The notes below the pieces were generated by a model. It made no database searches, was not told the DNA's origin, and saw nothing but the letters and a program-made list of their open reading frames with translations. Shown here piece after piece: positions 1-8,494 of a stretch of DNA of 64,000 nucleotides. The position numbers and the translations under genes are program-made. Each line of letters begins with the position of its first letter. Positions within the stretch are counted from its first letter, which is position 1. The DNA lies in NCBI GenBank assembly GCA_966112355.1, contig CBHWCZ010000007.1, forward strand, positions 22,752-86,751, read 5' to 3'. The stretch is from an uncultured Polaromonas sp. Lineage in GTDB: Bacteria; Pseudomonadota; Gammaproteobacteria; Burkholderiales; Burkholderiaceae_C.

Positions 1-264
1 GTGCAGGCCGCCCTGACCGGCCAGGGCGTGGTGCTCGCGCGCCTGCCGCTGATTGCCGAGAGCTTGGCGTCAGGCGACCTGATGGAGCCTCTGCCCGATC
101 TGCGCATGGACTCGCCCATGGCCTACTGGCTCATCCTAGGCCCGCGCAGCGCCGCACGCCCCGAACTGCAGGCCTTCTGCACCTGGCTGCAAGACCAGGC
201 CGCCCAGACCCGCCGGGCTATCGGCGATATGCCTGATCCGGACACGCTGGATTCGCTGGATTGA
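1..264 (+). CDS. LysR-family regulator (GcvA-like), C-terminal part, truncated by window edge
   Basis: AALTGQGVVLARLPLIAESLASGDL...YWLI resembles the end of a LysR substrate-binding domain. Confidence 0.8.
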   Translation: MQAALTGQGVVLARLPLIAESLASGDLMEPLPDLRMDSPMAYWLILGPRSAARPELQAFCTWLQDQAAQTRRAIGDMPDPDTLDSLD

Positions 265-269
265 GCCCC

Positions 270-578
270 GGCTTCGACAGAGCCTGTCCTGAGCCTGTCG
301 AAGGGCTCAGCCCGAATAGCATTCAGCAAGCCGAGCGATAGAGACAGGCAGGTATTCAAGCCAGCAGAGCCGCGGGACTGGCTTCGCCAGACCGCAGGCG
401 GACGGCCCCTGAGGGGCATCCTTCGACAGGCTCAGGACGAACGGAATTGAGCGAGCAAGCGGCAAACGCAGGCGGGTATTCAGGCCAGCGGAGCCGTGGA
501 ACCGGCTTTGCCGGGCCACAGGCGGACGGCCCCCTCGGGGGGCAGCGACCCACACGAAGTGGGGGAGCGTGGGGGCCC
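270..578. repeat. Composite REP-like palindromic repeat cluster
   Basis: Perfect 17-bp inverted repeat cctgagcctgtcgaagg (288-304) / ccttcgacaggctcagg (420-436); two related ~72-bp units at 345-416 and 469-540; lies between convergent genes. Confidence 0.85.
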
Positions 579-579
579 T

Positions 580-1218
580 CTATACAGGCCAGACCACCCC
601 TTTGTCATTGAGGATGGCATCCAGCGGAATATCATGCGGCTCTGGGTCCATGTCAGGCAGCCAGCCCTGGCTGAAACCGACGCCCACCGTGAAAGGCCGC
701 GGCTGCAGGGTGGCCAGCGTGCGGTCATAAAAACCGCCGCCGTAGCCCAGCCGGTAACCACCGGGCCCATAACCCACACAGGGCACAAAGAGCAGCGTGG
801 GCACGATGGCCTCGGTGTCCTTGGGTTTGGGAATGCCGTAGGCATCTTCTTCCATCGGGCAGCCCGGGTACCAGGCATGGAATGTGAGCGTCTTGTGCAG
901 CTTGTTCACCACCGGCAGCCCGATCTTGCGCGGCGAGCGCGCCGCAATGCTTTCGGTCGCCAGTTGTGCTTGCTGCACCTCCGCCAGTGCCGGGCTGGAT
1001 GAGACATCCTGGCTCAGGATCGCGTCTTCCTGCCAGCGGTACAGCGCGGGCAATGGATCGAACTCACCCTTGATGGGCCAATAGGCGCCGATCACCTCAT
1101 GGGTGCTGCCCACCAGCCAGATGCGCATCACGCGCTGCAGCAGATCAGCCCGCTCCAGACGGTCGGGCATGTTCAGGCGTTCTTCCACCAAAGCTTTGCG
1201 GGTACTTAATTTGTCCAT
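580..1218 (-). CDS. ygfA: 5-formyltetrahydrofolate cyclo-ligase
   Basis: YWPIKGEFD, VPCVG and GYRLGYGGGFYDRTL motifs. Confidence 0.93.
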   Translation of the reverse strand: MDKLSTRKALVEERLNMPDRLERADLLQRVMRIWLVGSTHEVIGAYWPIKGEFDPLPALYRWQEDAILSQDVSSSPALAEVQQAQLATESIAARSPRKIGLPVVNKLHKTLTFHAWYPGCPMEEDAYGIPKPKDTEAIVPTLLFVPCVGYGPGGYRLGYGGGFYDRTLATLQPRPFTVGVGFSQGWLPDMDPEPHDIPLDAILNDKGVVWPV

Positions 1219-1227
1219 AATGTCCCG

Positions 1228-3372
1228 ATGCTATCCACATTTCGTTTCAGCCCCACGGCCAGGCCTGCGCGTCAGCCCGTGGTGCTGGCACTGGCAGCAC
1301 TGCTGCTGTGCCACACGCTGGCGCCCGTCGCCTCCGCACAGACCCCACCGTCCGCCAACCCAGCCAACCCGTCCGCTGCCGACAACGTGATTGTCGAGAT
1401 GAACAAGGCCTTCAAGCGCGGCGACCGGGCCCGGCTGGCGCAGTTGCTGCCGCAGGCCCGCGGTCATGCGCTGGAGCCGTGGGCGGCCTACTGGGAGTTG
1501 CGCACACGCCTCGGCGAAGCCAGCGCGCAGGAGGTGCAGGACTACATGGCCCGTTATGCCGGCACCTACCAGGAGGACCGCCTGCGCAACGACTGGCTGC
1601 AACTGCTGGGCCAGCGCCGCGACTGGGCCGGCTTTGCTGCCGAATACCCCAGGTTTCGCATGAACGACGACAAGGAAGTGCGCTGCTACGCCTTGCTGGT
1701 CGAGCACCTGAAGAACCCGGCGCAAGACCCGCAACTCGCCGCCGAGGTGAAGAAGAACTGGCTGGCACAGCGCGAGGCCGACGACGGCTGCACCGCTGCC
1801 GCCGAACGCCTGGTGGGCACCAAAAACCTCACCGAACAGGATGCCTGGCAAAAAGCGCGTCTGGCCACCGAAGCCAACCGGCCGCGCGCCGCACGCGATG
1901 CGGTGCAGATCGTGGCACCGGAGGCGGTGGGCCTGGTGACCGATCTCCACACCAGCCCGGCCAAATTCCTGACCGAAAAACAACTCGCCATCCGCAAGGT
2001 GCGCAAGGAAATCGTGACGCTGGCGATCATCAAGCTGGCCAGCATGGACATTGAAGGCGCCGCCTTCCAGATGGAGAACAAATGGGGCATCCAGCTGACG
2101 CCCGAAGAACGCAACTGGGTCTGGGGTGTGATCGGCAAGCAGGCCGCCACGCGCCTGGGCGCCTTGCCGGCGGGTGATGCCTTGCGCTACTTTGCCAAGG
2201 TCAGCAAGGACACCGACCTCACCGACGAGATGCTGGCCTGGAAAACCCGCGCCGCCTTGCGCGCCGGCAACCAGCCGCAATGGCCGCTGGTGCTGTCGGC
2301 CGTGAACGCCATGAGCGACGAGGCCCGCAAGGACCCGACCTGGGCCTACTGGAAGGCGCGCGCGCTGCTGGCCACTGCGCCACCAGACAGCGCCGTGCGC
2401 CCGCCAGCGACTGCCACCGCCGGCACCGCAGCCGCGGCCGCACCCACCATCACGATCGCGCCACAGCGCGCCGAGGCTTTGGCGCTGCTGCAGTCGTTTG
2501 CCTCGGTCCGGGGGTTTTATGAGCAGCTCGCCCTGGAAGAGCTAGGCCAGAAAATCACCGTGCCGGCACGCCCTGCCGCGCTCACACCCGAAGAAAAAGA
2601 GACCGCGCGCCTGAACCCCGGTCTGAACCGTGCGGCCTACGCCATGGCGCTGGGCCTGCGCAGCGAAGGCGTGCGCGAATGGAACTACAGCACCAACCTG
2701 CACCAGCGCGGCGGCATGGGCGACCGCGAACTGCTCGCCGCCGCGCAGTTCGCCTGCGACCGGCAGATCTGGGACCGCTGCATCAACACCAGCGAGCGCA
2801 CCAAAAGCGAGACCGATTTCGAGCAGCGCTTTCCCACGCCGTTCCGCGAGACCGTGGTCAAACGCAGCCAGAGCATCAGCCTGGACCCGGCCTATGTGTA
2901 CGGCCTGATCCGCCAGGAAAGCCGCTTCATCATGGATGCACGCTCCGGTGTCGGCGCCTCCGGCCTGATGCAGGTCATGCCGGCCACCGCGCGCTGGACA
3001 GCCAAAAAAATCGGCCTGGACGGCTTCACCATCGAGCAGCTCAACGACCGCGACACCAACATCGCCATCGGCACTGCCTACCTCAAGCTCGCGCTCGACG
3101 ACCTCGGAGGCTCCATGCCCATGGCCGCTGCCGCCTACAACGCCGGGCCGGGCCGGCCGCGCATCTGGCGCAATGGCCCGGTGCTGGACGCCGCCATCTG
3201 GGCCGAGAACGTGCCCTTCACCGAAACGCGCGACTATGTGAAGAAGGTGTTGTCCAACACCACCAATTACGCCGCCCTGCTGACGGGCCAGCCGCAATCG
3301 CTCAAGGCGAGGCTGGGCACCGTCGGGCCGCGCGATGCCTCACTGCCGGAGGCTAACAAAGACCTGCCCTGA
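1228..3372 (+). CDS. slt: Soluble lytic murein transglycosylase (Slt70-like)
   Basis: Signal peptide; IRQESRF, GASGLMQVMPAT, AAYNAGPG and ETRDYVKKV motifs. Confidence 0.93.
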   Translation: MLSTFRFSPTARPARQPVVLALAALLLCHTLAPVASAQTPPSANPANPSAADNVIVEMNKAFKRGDRARLAQLLPQARGHALEPWAAYWELRTRLGEASAQEVQDYMARYAGTYQEDRLRNDWLQLLGQRRDWAGFAAEYPRFRMNDDKEVRCYALLVEHLKNPAQDPQLAAEVKKNWLAQREADDGCTAAAERLVGTKNLTEQDAWQKARLATEANRPRAARDAVQIVAPEAVGLVTDLHTSPAKFLTEKQLAIRKVRKEIVTLAIIKLASMDIEGAAFQMENKWGIQLTPEERNWVWGVIGKQAATRLGALPAGDALRYFAKVSKDTDLTDEMLAWKTRAALRAGNQPQWPLVLSAVNAMSDEARKDPTWAYWKARALLATAPPDSAVRPPATATAGTAAAAAPTITIAPQRAEALALLQSFASVRGFYEQLALEELGQKITVPARPAALTPEEKETARLNPGLNRAAYAMALGLRSEGVREWNYSTNLHQRGGMGDRELLAAAQFACDRQIWDRCINTSERTKSETDFEQRFPTPFRETVVKRSQSISLDPAYVYGLIRQESRFIMDARSGVGASGLMQVMPATARWTAKKIGLDGFTIEQLNDRDTNIAIGTAYLKLALDDLGGSMPMAAAAYNAGPGRPRIWRNGPVLDAAIWAENVPFTETRDYVKKVLSNTTNYAALLTGQPQSLKARLGTVGPRDASLPEANKDLP

Positions 3373-3400
3373 ACTGCGGGCCGATGAGCGCACCCAGGCC

Positions 3401-4491
3401 TCAGGCGGCCGCAGCGGCTTTCTGGATTTCGCTGCGCTGTAAAAACGGTTGTGATTGCGCTTCCGATTGCTTCAGATGCCGCGCCTGCCGCTCCGCACGC
3501 GCCGTGCCGGGCGCTGACGGGGCGGCTGTCCGGCTGGCATCCAGCAGTGCGGCCAGGCAAGCGGGCCGGGCCCGCGCACCGCTGGCCACATAGTCGGCCA
3601 GCAGCGCGCCGCGGACTTCCTCTGCCGGCAAACTGCGCGCCACGGTCAGGTGCTCGAACAGCAGGTCCACCAGTTTTTCCAGTGCAAACTCGTGCGTCTT
3701 GCCCGTGGTGTGCCAGAGCCAGTCGCTGAAGTTCAGAAAATGCTCGAAGGCCGAGCCTGGTCCCAACAGCAGACGCAAGCTCGCCGCGAAGCGGCCGGAA
3801 TTGGCCACCAGATCCCAGTAGCGCGCAAAGCGCTGGATGCGCTGCATCGTGGCGAAATCCACCGTGGAGTTCTGCAGAATAGTGTAGGGCGTCTGCGGGT
3901 CATAGACCATGGCGAACTCGGCAGTATGGCGCGCGATCGGCGTGCCGCGCAGGCGCTTGAGGATGCCGAACTGGATCTCGTGCGGCGCCAGCGCATGCAG
4001 GCGGTCAAAGCCCTCGGCAAAACTCGCCAGCGTTTCACCGGGCAGCCCGAAGATCAGGTCGGCATGCACATGGGCCTGGCTTTCGGTGACCAGCCAGCGC
4101 AGGTTGTCGGCGGTCTTGACGTTGTCCTGGCGCCGCGAGATGCGCTGCTGCACCTCGGGGTTGAAGCTCTGGATGCCGACTTCAAACTGCAGCGAGCCCG
4201 CAGGAAACTGTGCGATCAGGGCCTTGAGCCGGTCGGGCAGGCTGTCGGGCACCACCTCGAAATGCACAAACAGCTCCGGCGGCAGGCCCGCGCGGTCGCC
4301 CCCGGCCTGGAGTTTGTCCAGGAAGAACTGCAGGATGCGCACCGAAAAATCGACCTTGAGGTTGAAGGTGCGGTCGACAAACTTGAAGTTGCGCGCGCCG
4401 CGTTCATACAGCAGCGCCATCTCGGCCATGAAGCGGTCGAGCTCGAAGGCCCAGGCGGTCTTGTCGAGCGCACTGAGGCAGAACTCGCACT
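3401..4491 (-). pseudogene. 3' part of interrupted B12-binding radical SAM gene
   Basis: Begins at (K)CEFCLSALDKTAW and continues FKFVDRTFN, FEVGIQSFN, DLIFGLPGE. Joined to 36980-37520 it gives a 1632-nt in-frame ORF (543 aa) with GCPFKCEFC restored. Confidence 0.95.
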
Positions 4492-4497
4492 CAAAGC
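4492..4497. other. 6-bp footprint/coupling sequence caaagc at the element's left junction
   Basis: Six bases that belong neither to the reconstituted host gene nor to the terminal inverted repeat. Confidence 0.85.
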
Positions 4498-4509
4498 TTA
4501 TGTTGAATT
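4498..4509 (+). repeat. Left terminal inverted repeat ttatgttgaatt
   Basis: 11/12 match to the reverse complement of 36968-36979 (ttatgtggaatt). Confidence 0.85.
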
Positions 4510-4685
4510 TTTTTGTTCACATTTATGCCACTACTCCTGTTTTTATTTTTCACGCAGAGCTTTAGTCAATTTCTGCTGTTCATGAACACAATTCCAGACT
4601 GCGATACAGCGGTCAGAGACTCGTGATCGCGTGCATGTTCCGTCCTACAGCATGGACAGGCAGTGAGATTTTGCTATTGCTATGA

Positions 4686-5087
4686 CTAATGACGAGCCGC
4701 GAGCGCTAACTGCTCAAGAAGGCTCTCTTCGTCGTCTCCGCCAATTCCCGTGATGCGAGTCACGATCTCACGTTCGACCGCCCATTGATAGACCCGCAAT
4801 AAGTCCCATAGTGCACTCTCGCTAACTGTCATCTCGTCTTTTTTTGTTCTTGGCTTGGCTGAACCAAGAACTAAACACATGACCAGCATCATGGGCGCAG
4901 CGATCGACGGCGCCGGTTCTACGTCATCCCCCTCTTCAAGCGAGCGAAGGTCGCGCGCAACAGATAAAAGCATGGGCTCTGTCAATGAGGCTGGAAGGGC
5001 ACCTTGCCTCCATTTCTTCTGGCGTAAAAAGTTAGATAGCTGCGCTAGGTCAGTTGGCTGCGTAGGGCGAAGAGTGCTCAGGCTCAC
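4686..5087 (-). CDS. Hypothetical protein (~133 aa)
   Basis: Open frame; GGAG RBS 7 nt before GTG at 5087; divergent from the XRE gene. Confidence 0.6.
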   Translation of the reverse strand: MSLSTLRPTQPTDLAQLSNFLRQKKWRQGALPASLTEPMLLSVARDLRSLEEGDDVEPAPSIAAPMMLVMCLVLGSAKPRTKKDEMTVSESALWDLLRVYQWAVEREIVTRITGIGGDDEESLLEQLALAARH

Positions 5088-5170
5088 TATGTTCTCCGGT
5101 AGATGTAGGAACTGCACTTTGCACCATAAAAGCGGGTGCATAAAGTAGTCTACAACAGGAAAGTCTGGGC

Positions 5171-5440
5171 ATGAAAAAGCCCCGGAACGAAAGCCTGCTC
5201 AGAGCGTTGGCAGCGGAAATCAAGAGCCTGCGAACCGGGCTCGGTGTTAGCCAGGAGGAAATAGCGCATCGGGCTGGGCTGAACCGCACGTTTGTAGGAA
5301 AACTAGAGGTCGCACAGACCCAGCCGTCCTTGACTGTGTTATTTCAGTTGGCTGATGCTCTTGAAGTGGCCCCTGTGGAGCTTGTTGCTAATATTGCCAA
5401 GCGTACAAAGAAGGAATCGCGGTCAGGGCATCACAGATAG
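5171..5440 (+). CDS. XRE-family HTH regulator
   Basis: IKSLRTGLGVSQEEIAHRAGLNRTFVGKLE...PSLTVLFQLADAL. Confidence 0.9.
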   Translation: MKKPRNESLLRALAAEIKSLRTGLGVSQEEIAHRAGLNRTFVGKLEVAQTQPSLTVLFQLADALEVAPVELVANIAKRTKKESRSGHHR

Positions 5441-5447
5441 AAGAGTG

Positions 5448-5469
5448 GGCCTCCGCGTTGAGGCCTTTT
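5448..5469 (+). terminator. Probable intrinsic terminator
   Basis: ggcctc-cgcgtt-gaggcc followed by tttt, just after the XRE stop. Confidence 0.55.
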
Positions 5470-5598
5470 CGCACATTGCTGCTGCGCAACTAGGACGGCA
5501 AGTTAGGCACTAGAAATCGTGACTCGCCCAATCCGTCATGTTGAACCCAAAAGGCAGCTCCCGAGACAAAGCGGTATTCCAGGAGTTCGAACTGGACG

Positions 5599-5615
5599 CC
5601 CAAAAGCAGACACTG
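5599..5615 (-). repeat. Partial copy (reverse orientation) of the cargo hairpin motif
   Basis: Minus strand reads cagtgtctgcttttggg, like gtctgcttttggcc at 23080; coincides with the intI breakpoint. Confidence 0.6.
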
Positions 5616-5708
5616 GCTATAGTGCAAATAGCGAATTCGCTCGCGCACCTGTTCCAACAAGCGGACAGACTTGAGTTCAGGGGCGCGGGGTTTTATGGAG
5701 CTGTACAT
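5616..5708 (-). pseudogene. intI: Integron integrase N-terminal remnant (31 codons)
   Basis: [20 protein letters not shown] matches the IntI start ([20 protein letters not shown] in IntI1); divergent from an attC array. Confidence 0.85.
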
Positions 5709-5831
5709 AACTGAATATTTGAACTGCATAGTTAGTGGAAGCCCAAGCTGCAAGCCAATCTCAGGGAGTTGTCATGTCTAGAATATCGAACACGAGCCAG
5801 TTTATCGAGCAGGTTTTGCTCTATACATTAC

Positions 5832-5838
5832 GCTAGGT
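5832..5838 (+). other. Candidate attI recombination core (variant GCTAGGT)
   Basis: Between intI remnant and first cassette ORF; one change from GTTAGGY, the complement expected from the first attC inverse core GCCTAAC. Confidence 0.45.
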
Positions 5839-5863
5839 GGTTGCCCTCCGGAAAGGACTTGCC

Positions 5864-6049
5864 ATGTCAGCAAAGCGAAAAGTGAAGGACGCACTGAGTG
5901 CGGTAGAAGACGCATTGCGCGCGTTGCAACGGGCTGCAGCGGTGGCCCCGGGTGAGCCAAACATTACTCGTGCAATTCAAGAGCTTCGTGATGCCGAGGC
6001 ACTTTTGGAGCGGGCTGCTCGAGAGGTCGGTCGCCTCGAGGCCCAGTAG
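5864..6049 (+). CDS. Integron cassette 1: small helical hypothetical protein (61 aa)
   Basis: AAGGA RBS, ATG 5864, stop 10 nt before attC. Confidence 0.7.
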   Translation: MSAKRKVKDALSAVEDALRALQRAAAVAPGEPNITRAIQELRDAEALLERAAREVGRLEAQ

Positions 6050-6059
6050 CCGATGAGTG

Positions 6060-6117
6060 GCCTAACCCATCATTCCAGCAGACTGCATTTGGCAGCCGCT
6101 GAATTCAAACGTTAGAC
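6060..6117 (+). other. attC site 1
   Basis: GCCTAAC ... CAAAC GTTAGAC, 58 bp, internal dyad gcagactgc/gcagccgc. Confidence 0.9.
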
Positions 6118-6122
6118 CCCCG

Positions 6123-7043
6123 ATGTCACTCATCCACGACATACAAGCTGCCGCAATCGCACAGGACTCCGACATCCCGACGCTGCTGCGGATGTGCAAG
6201 CTACTCGCGGCCCGAATCTCACACCAAGATTTCGCGGACTGGGTAGATCGCGAGTTGAACGGCTACCCGAGCATCAACGACTTGCCCGACTATCGCGTAG
6301 TTCGAGTGGACTGCTATGGTTCTTTCATAGGAACATTCGCCCGCGCCGACAAGTTGCAGATTCCGGTATCCGTACTTCCAAAGGAGCTTCAAGAGCAGTT
6401 CCGAAACGCCTATATGGGTAGCAGCGTCAGCGCGTACACGGCGCTCCTTTCAGGTGACAAGTCAGGTAGCGTTCAGGAACCCTGGCCAGTCGCACTTGCC
6501 GTGCACAACGCTTCAAAGCTGACTCCGGACATGCAGTGCGTCTCCGCGTGGAAGGAGATCCCAATAGGTGCGATCGTTCGCCTGATGGACTCAGTAAAGA
6601 CCCGCGTCCTCGGCTTTGCAATCGATCTGGAACGCGAAGCGCCGAACGCCGGTGAGCTGCCGATTGGAAGTCAACCACCTCTAAGCCGCGAAAAAATGAC
6701 ACAAATCTTCAATACCAATATCACGGGCAACGTCGGCAACGTCGCCAACGCCAGTTCTGGGTTCAGCCAGTCGTCCATCCTCGTGGAGCCAGGCAACTGG
6801 CAGTCGCTCCAATCCCGCCTGCTAGAACTTGGGCTCACGGCCGGAGACATCGAGGACCTCAAGGCCGATCTTGAGCGCGCAGCCGCCTTGGGAAGCCAAG
6901 AGGACAAAACGAAGACAGCGAGCACGTGGATCGGCCGCCTCGCCGGCAAGGCTGCTACCGGAGCAGCAGGCGTAGGCATTGAAGTAGCAGCAACGGGCGT
7001 TGCTAAGGCAATTGCCGCCTACCTTGGCCTCGCTGGGGCCTAA
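6123..7043 (+). CDS. Integron cassette 2: AbiTii-domain protein
   Basis: N-terminus LLRMCKLLAARI...WVDRELNGYP...LPDYR resembles AbiTii; stop codon lies inside the attC inverse core. Confidence 0.75.
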   Translation: MSLIHDIQAAAIAQDSDIPTLLRMCKLLAARISHQDFADWVDRELNGYPSINDLPDYRVVRVDCYGSFIGTFARADKLQIPVSVLPKELQEQFRNAYMGSSVSAYTALLSGDKSGSVQEPWPVALAVHNASKLTPDMQCVSAWKEIPIGAIVRLMDSVKTRVLGFAIDLEREAPNAGELPIGSQPPLSREKMTQIFNTNITGNVGNVANASSGFSQSSILVEPGNWQSLQSRLLELGLTAGDIEDLKADLERAAALGSQEDKTKTASTWIGRLAGKAATGAAGVGIEVAATGVAKAIAAYLGLAGA

Positions 7044-7114
7044 CCCTTCGCTCGAGCGGACTGCCACCGGCAAGGCGCTTGGGCGGCGTTAGCCCCGCAC
7101 CTCAAACGTTAGAG
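7038..7114 (+). other. attC site 2 (partly degenerate)
   Basis: GCCTAAC ccttcgctcgagcggac ... ctcaaac GTTAGAG; right arm pairs poorly. Confidence 0.85.
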
Positions 7115-7125
7115 CAGACGAAACC

Positions 7126-7563
7126 ATGCGGCGATTGTTCATCACATATCTACTCGTTCTAGTGTCAGGCGTTGTCCATGCAGTGGGACCGTTTGAAGGT
7201 CATTGGTTATATGCGCAACCCTGTGGGTGGCAGCACGGAGCCGAGCTTCGCCTACTGCAAACTGGTAGCGTCGTCAAAGGCTCTTGGAGCGACGGTCACC
7301 GTGTCAAAGTGTGGGGCGGCGAATTGCAAGGCAACGTTAGGGGAGGCAAGCTTTTCATCCGCTTTTGCAGTGATGGTGCGTGGGGAGACGAGTCGCACGT
7401 CTGCCCAGAACTCGGGTCTGAGTCAGCCTACTTCGTGCGTCAAGGGGAGGCTTTGGTTTGGTACACCAAGAAGGAAGAAGCGTTCGGGGAATACGTTACG
7501 TTGCATCGAATCGCGAAGGGGAAGCACTTACCCAAGGACAACAAGTGTCCGAACGAGGAATAG
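7126..7563 (+). CDS. Integron cassette 3: secreted hypothetical protein
   Basis: Signal-peptide-like N-terminus, 4 Cys; ORF fills the space between two attC sites. Confidence 0.8.
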   Translation: MRRLFITYLLVLVSGVVHAVGPFEGHWLYAQPCGWQHGAELRLLQTGSVVKGSWSDGHRVKVWGGELQGNVRGGKLFIRFCSDGAWGDESHVCPELGSESAYFVRQGEALVWYTKKEEAFGEYVTLHRIAKGKHLPKDNKCPNEE

Positions 7564-7630
7564 CTCTAACTTCTCCATCGAGTGGAGACGCAGGGCATGT
7601 CACGCGTAGCCCTGATTTCAACTGTTAGCC
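7564..7630 (+). other. attC site 3
   Basis: CTCTAAC (exact complement of the cassette-start core GTTAGAG) ... cagggc/gccctg stem ... GTTAGCC. Confidence 0.88.
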
Positions 7631-7683
7631 AGTTGAAATCCGCCCTACGCGAAATTTGGTTACCTGATATCGGTCGTTCGCCA

Positions 7684-7715
7684 ATGTCAGCTTCTGGCCC
7701 GATAGCGGCTGTCGA
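7684..7715 (+). repeat. Cargo hairpin motif copy H1
   Basis: atgtcagcttctggcccgatagcggctgtcga. Confidence 0.8.
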
Positions 7716-7734
7716 GACAAAGCGGAAATCCAAG

Positions 7735-7766
7735 TGTCTGAACTGGCCGCCATAAAGCAGACATTC
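7735..7766 (+). repeat. Cargo hairpin motif, diverged copy H1b
   Basis: tgtctg-aactggccgccataaag-cagacattc. Confidence 0.55.
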
Positions 7767-8147
7767 ACCAACGCTTGTCGACAACTCTGATGCCGGGCTC
7801 AGATACAACATATGTGGTCGCTCAAGTTTGACGTTTGAACGACTATGGCGAAAAACAGCTTGGGCGTCGCCGAAGCGCGCGAAAGAACCGGTGCCCAGAT
7901 CAATGACGGTTCTCGGTACGCCATCAAACAATTCAAGGTAGCTGTTGCCATCGCTCCCAGTCGTTCCTGAACCACCCAAGCCGAACGCCACCAGTTCCAG
8001 TGATGCAGCGCTTGAAGTTTGAGCCGGATTCCCGGGAGCTAAAGGTGCTGGCGGCCCCGCAATGGCAAGAGTCGCTATCGCAGCGTGACAGCCAGCTTTA
8101 TCAGCGTCTTGCGGGCGGCCCTGATCTCACGCCGTTCTGGCCAACTC

Positions 8148-8489
8148 TCACTTCGTTTGCTCGTTGCCGTAGGTCTTGGCCAGGTAATCCACGATCAGCG
8201 GAATGTCCGCATCGTCCACCGGCGCCTTGAATACAGTTTTCATGCGTTTGACCATGGCCTCCCAATATGGGCGTGCCGCTGTCGGTGGCTGGTACTGCAT
8301 GTATTCGGCCGAATGACAAGCCGCACAGATGGCCTGTGCCTTGGCGTAACCCGGCAGGCTGCTGGGCTTGAGCTGCACACCATCAGGTGGCAGGTCGATG
8401 GACTTGGACCCGGCATGGGCCAGGGCGGAGCCGGCCAGAAGCGCGGCCGTGATCAGGATTTTGTGTGCCAGTAGGTGGGACATGCGCAT
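8148..8489 (-). CDS. sorB: Sulfite dehydrogenase cytochrome c subunit
   Basis: Signal peptide, CAACH heme motif, YWEAMVKRM...FKAP; directly downstream of sorA with RBS. Confidence 0.85.
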   Translation of the reverse strand: MRMSHLLAHKILITAALLAGSALAHAGSKSIDLPPDGVQLKPSSLPGYAKAQAICAACHSAEYMQYQPPTAARPYWEAMVKRMKTVFKAPVDDADIPLIVDYLAKTYGNEQTK

Positions 8490-8494
8490 GCTCC

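Noticed and set aside
2385-2465. Ala/Thr/Pro-rich stretch in Slt as a repeat insertion
   Set aside because: Low-complexity linker with no similarity to the repeat families in this window.
4480-4510. Target-site duplication or tRNA-type att core
   Set aside because: The two junctions share no direct repeat; the host gene rejoins with no base gained or lost once caaagc is excluded; no tRNA seen.
7566-8140. ORFs 7566-7991 (-) and 8000-8230 (+) as genes
   Set aside because: They run through attC3, the hairpin motifs or sorB; at most unidentifiable fragments.
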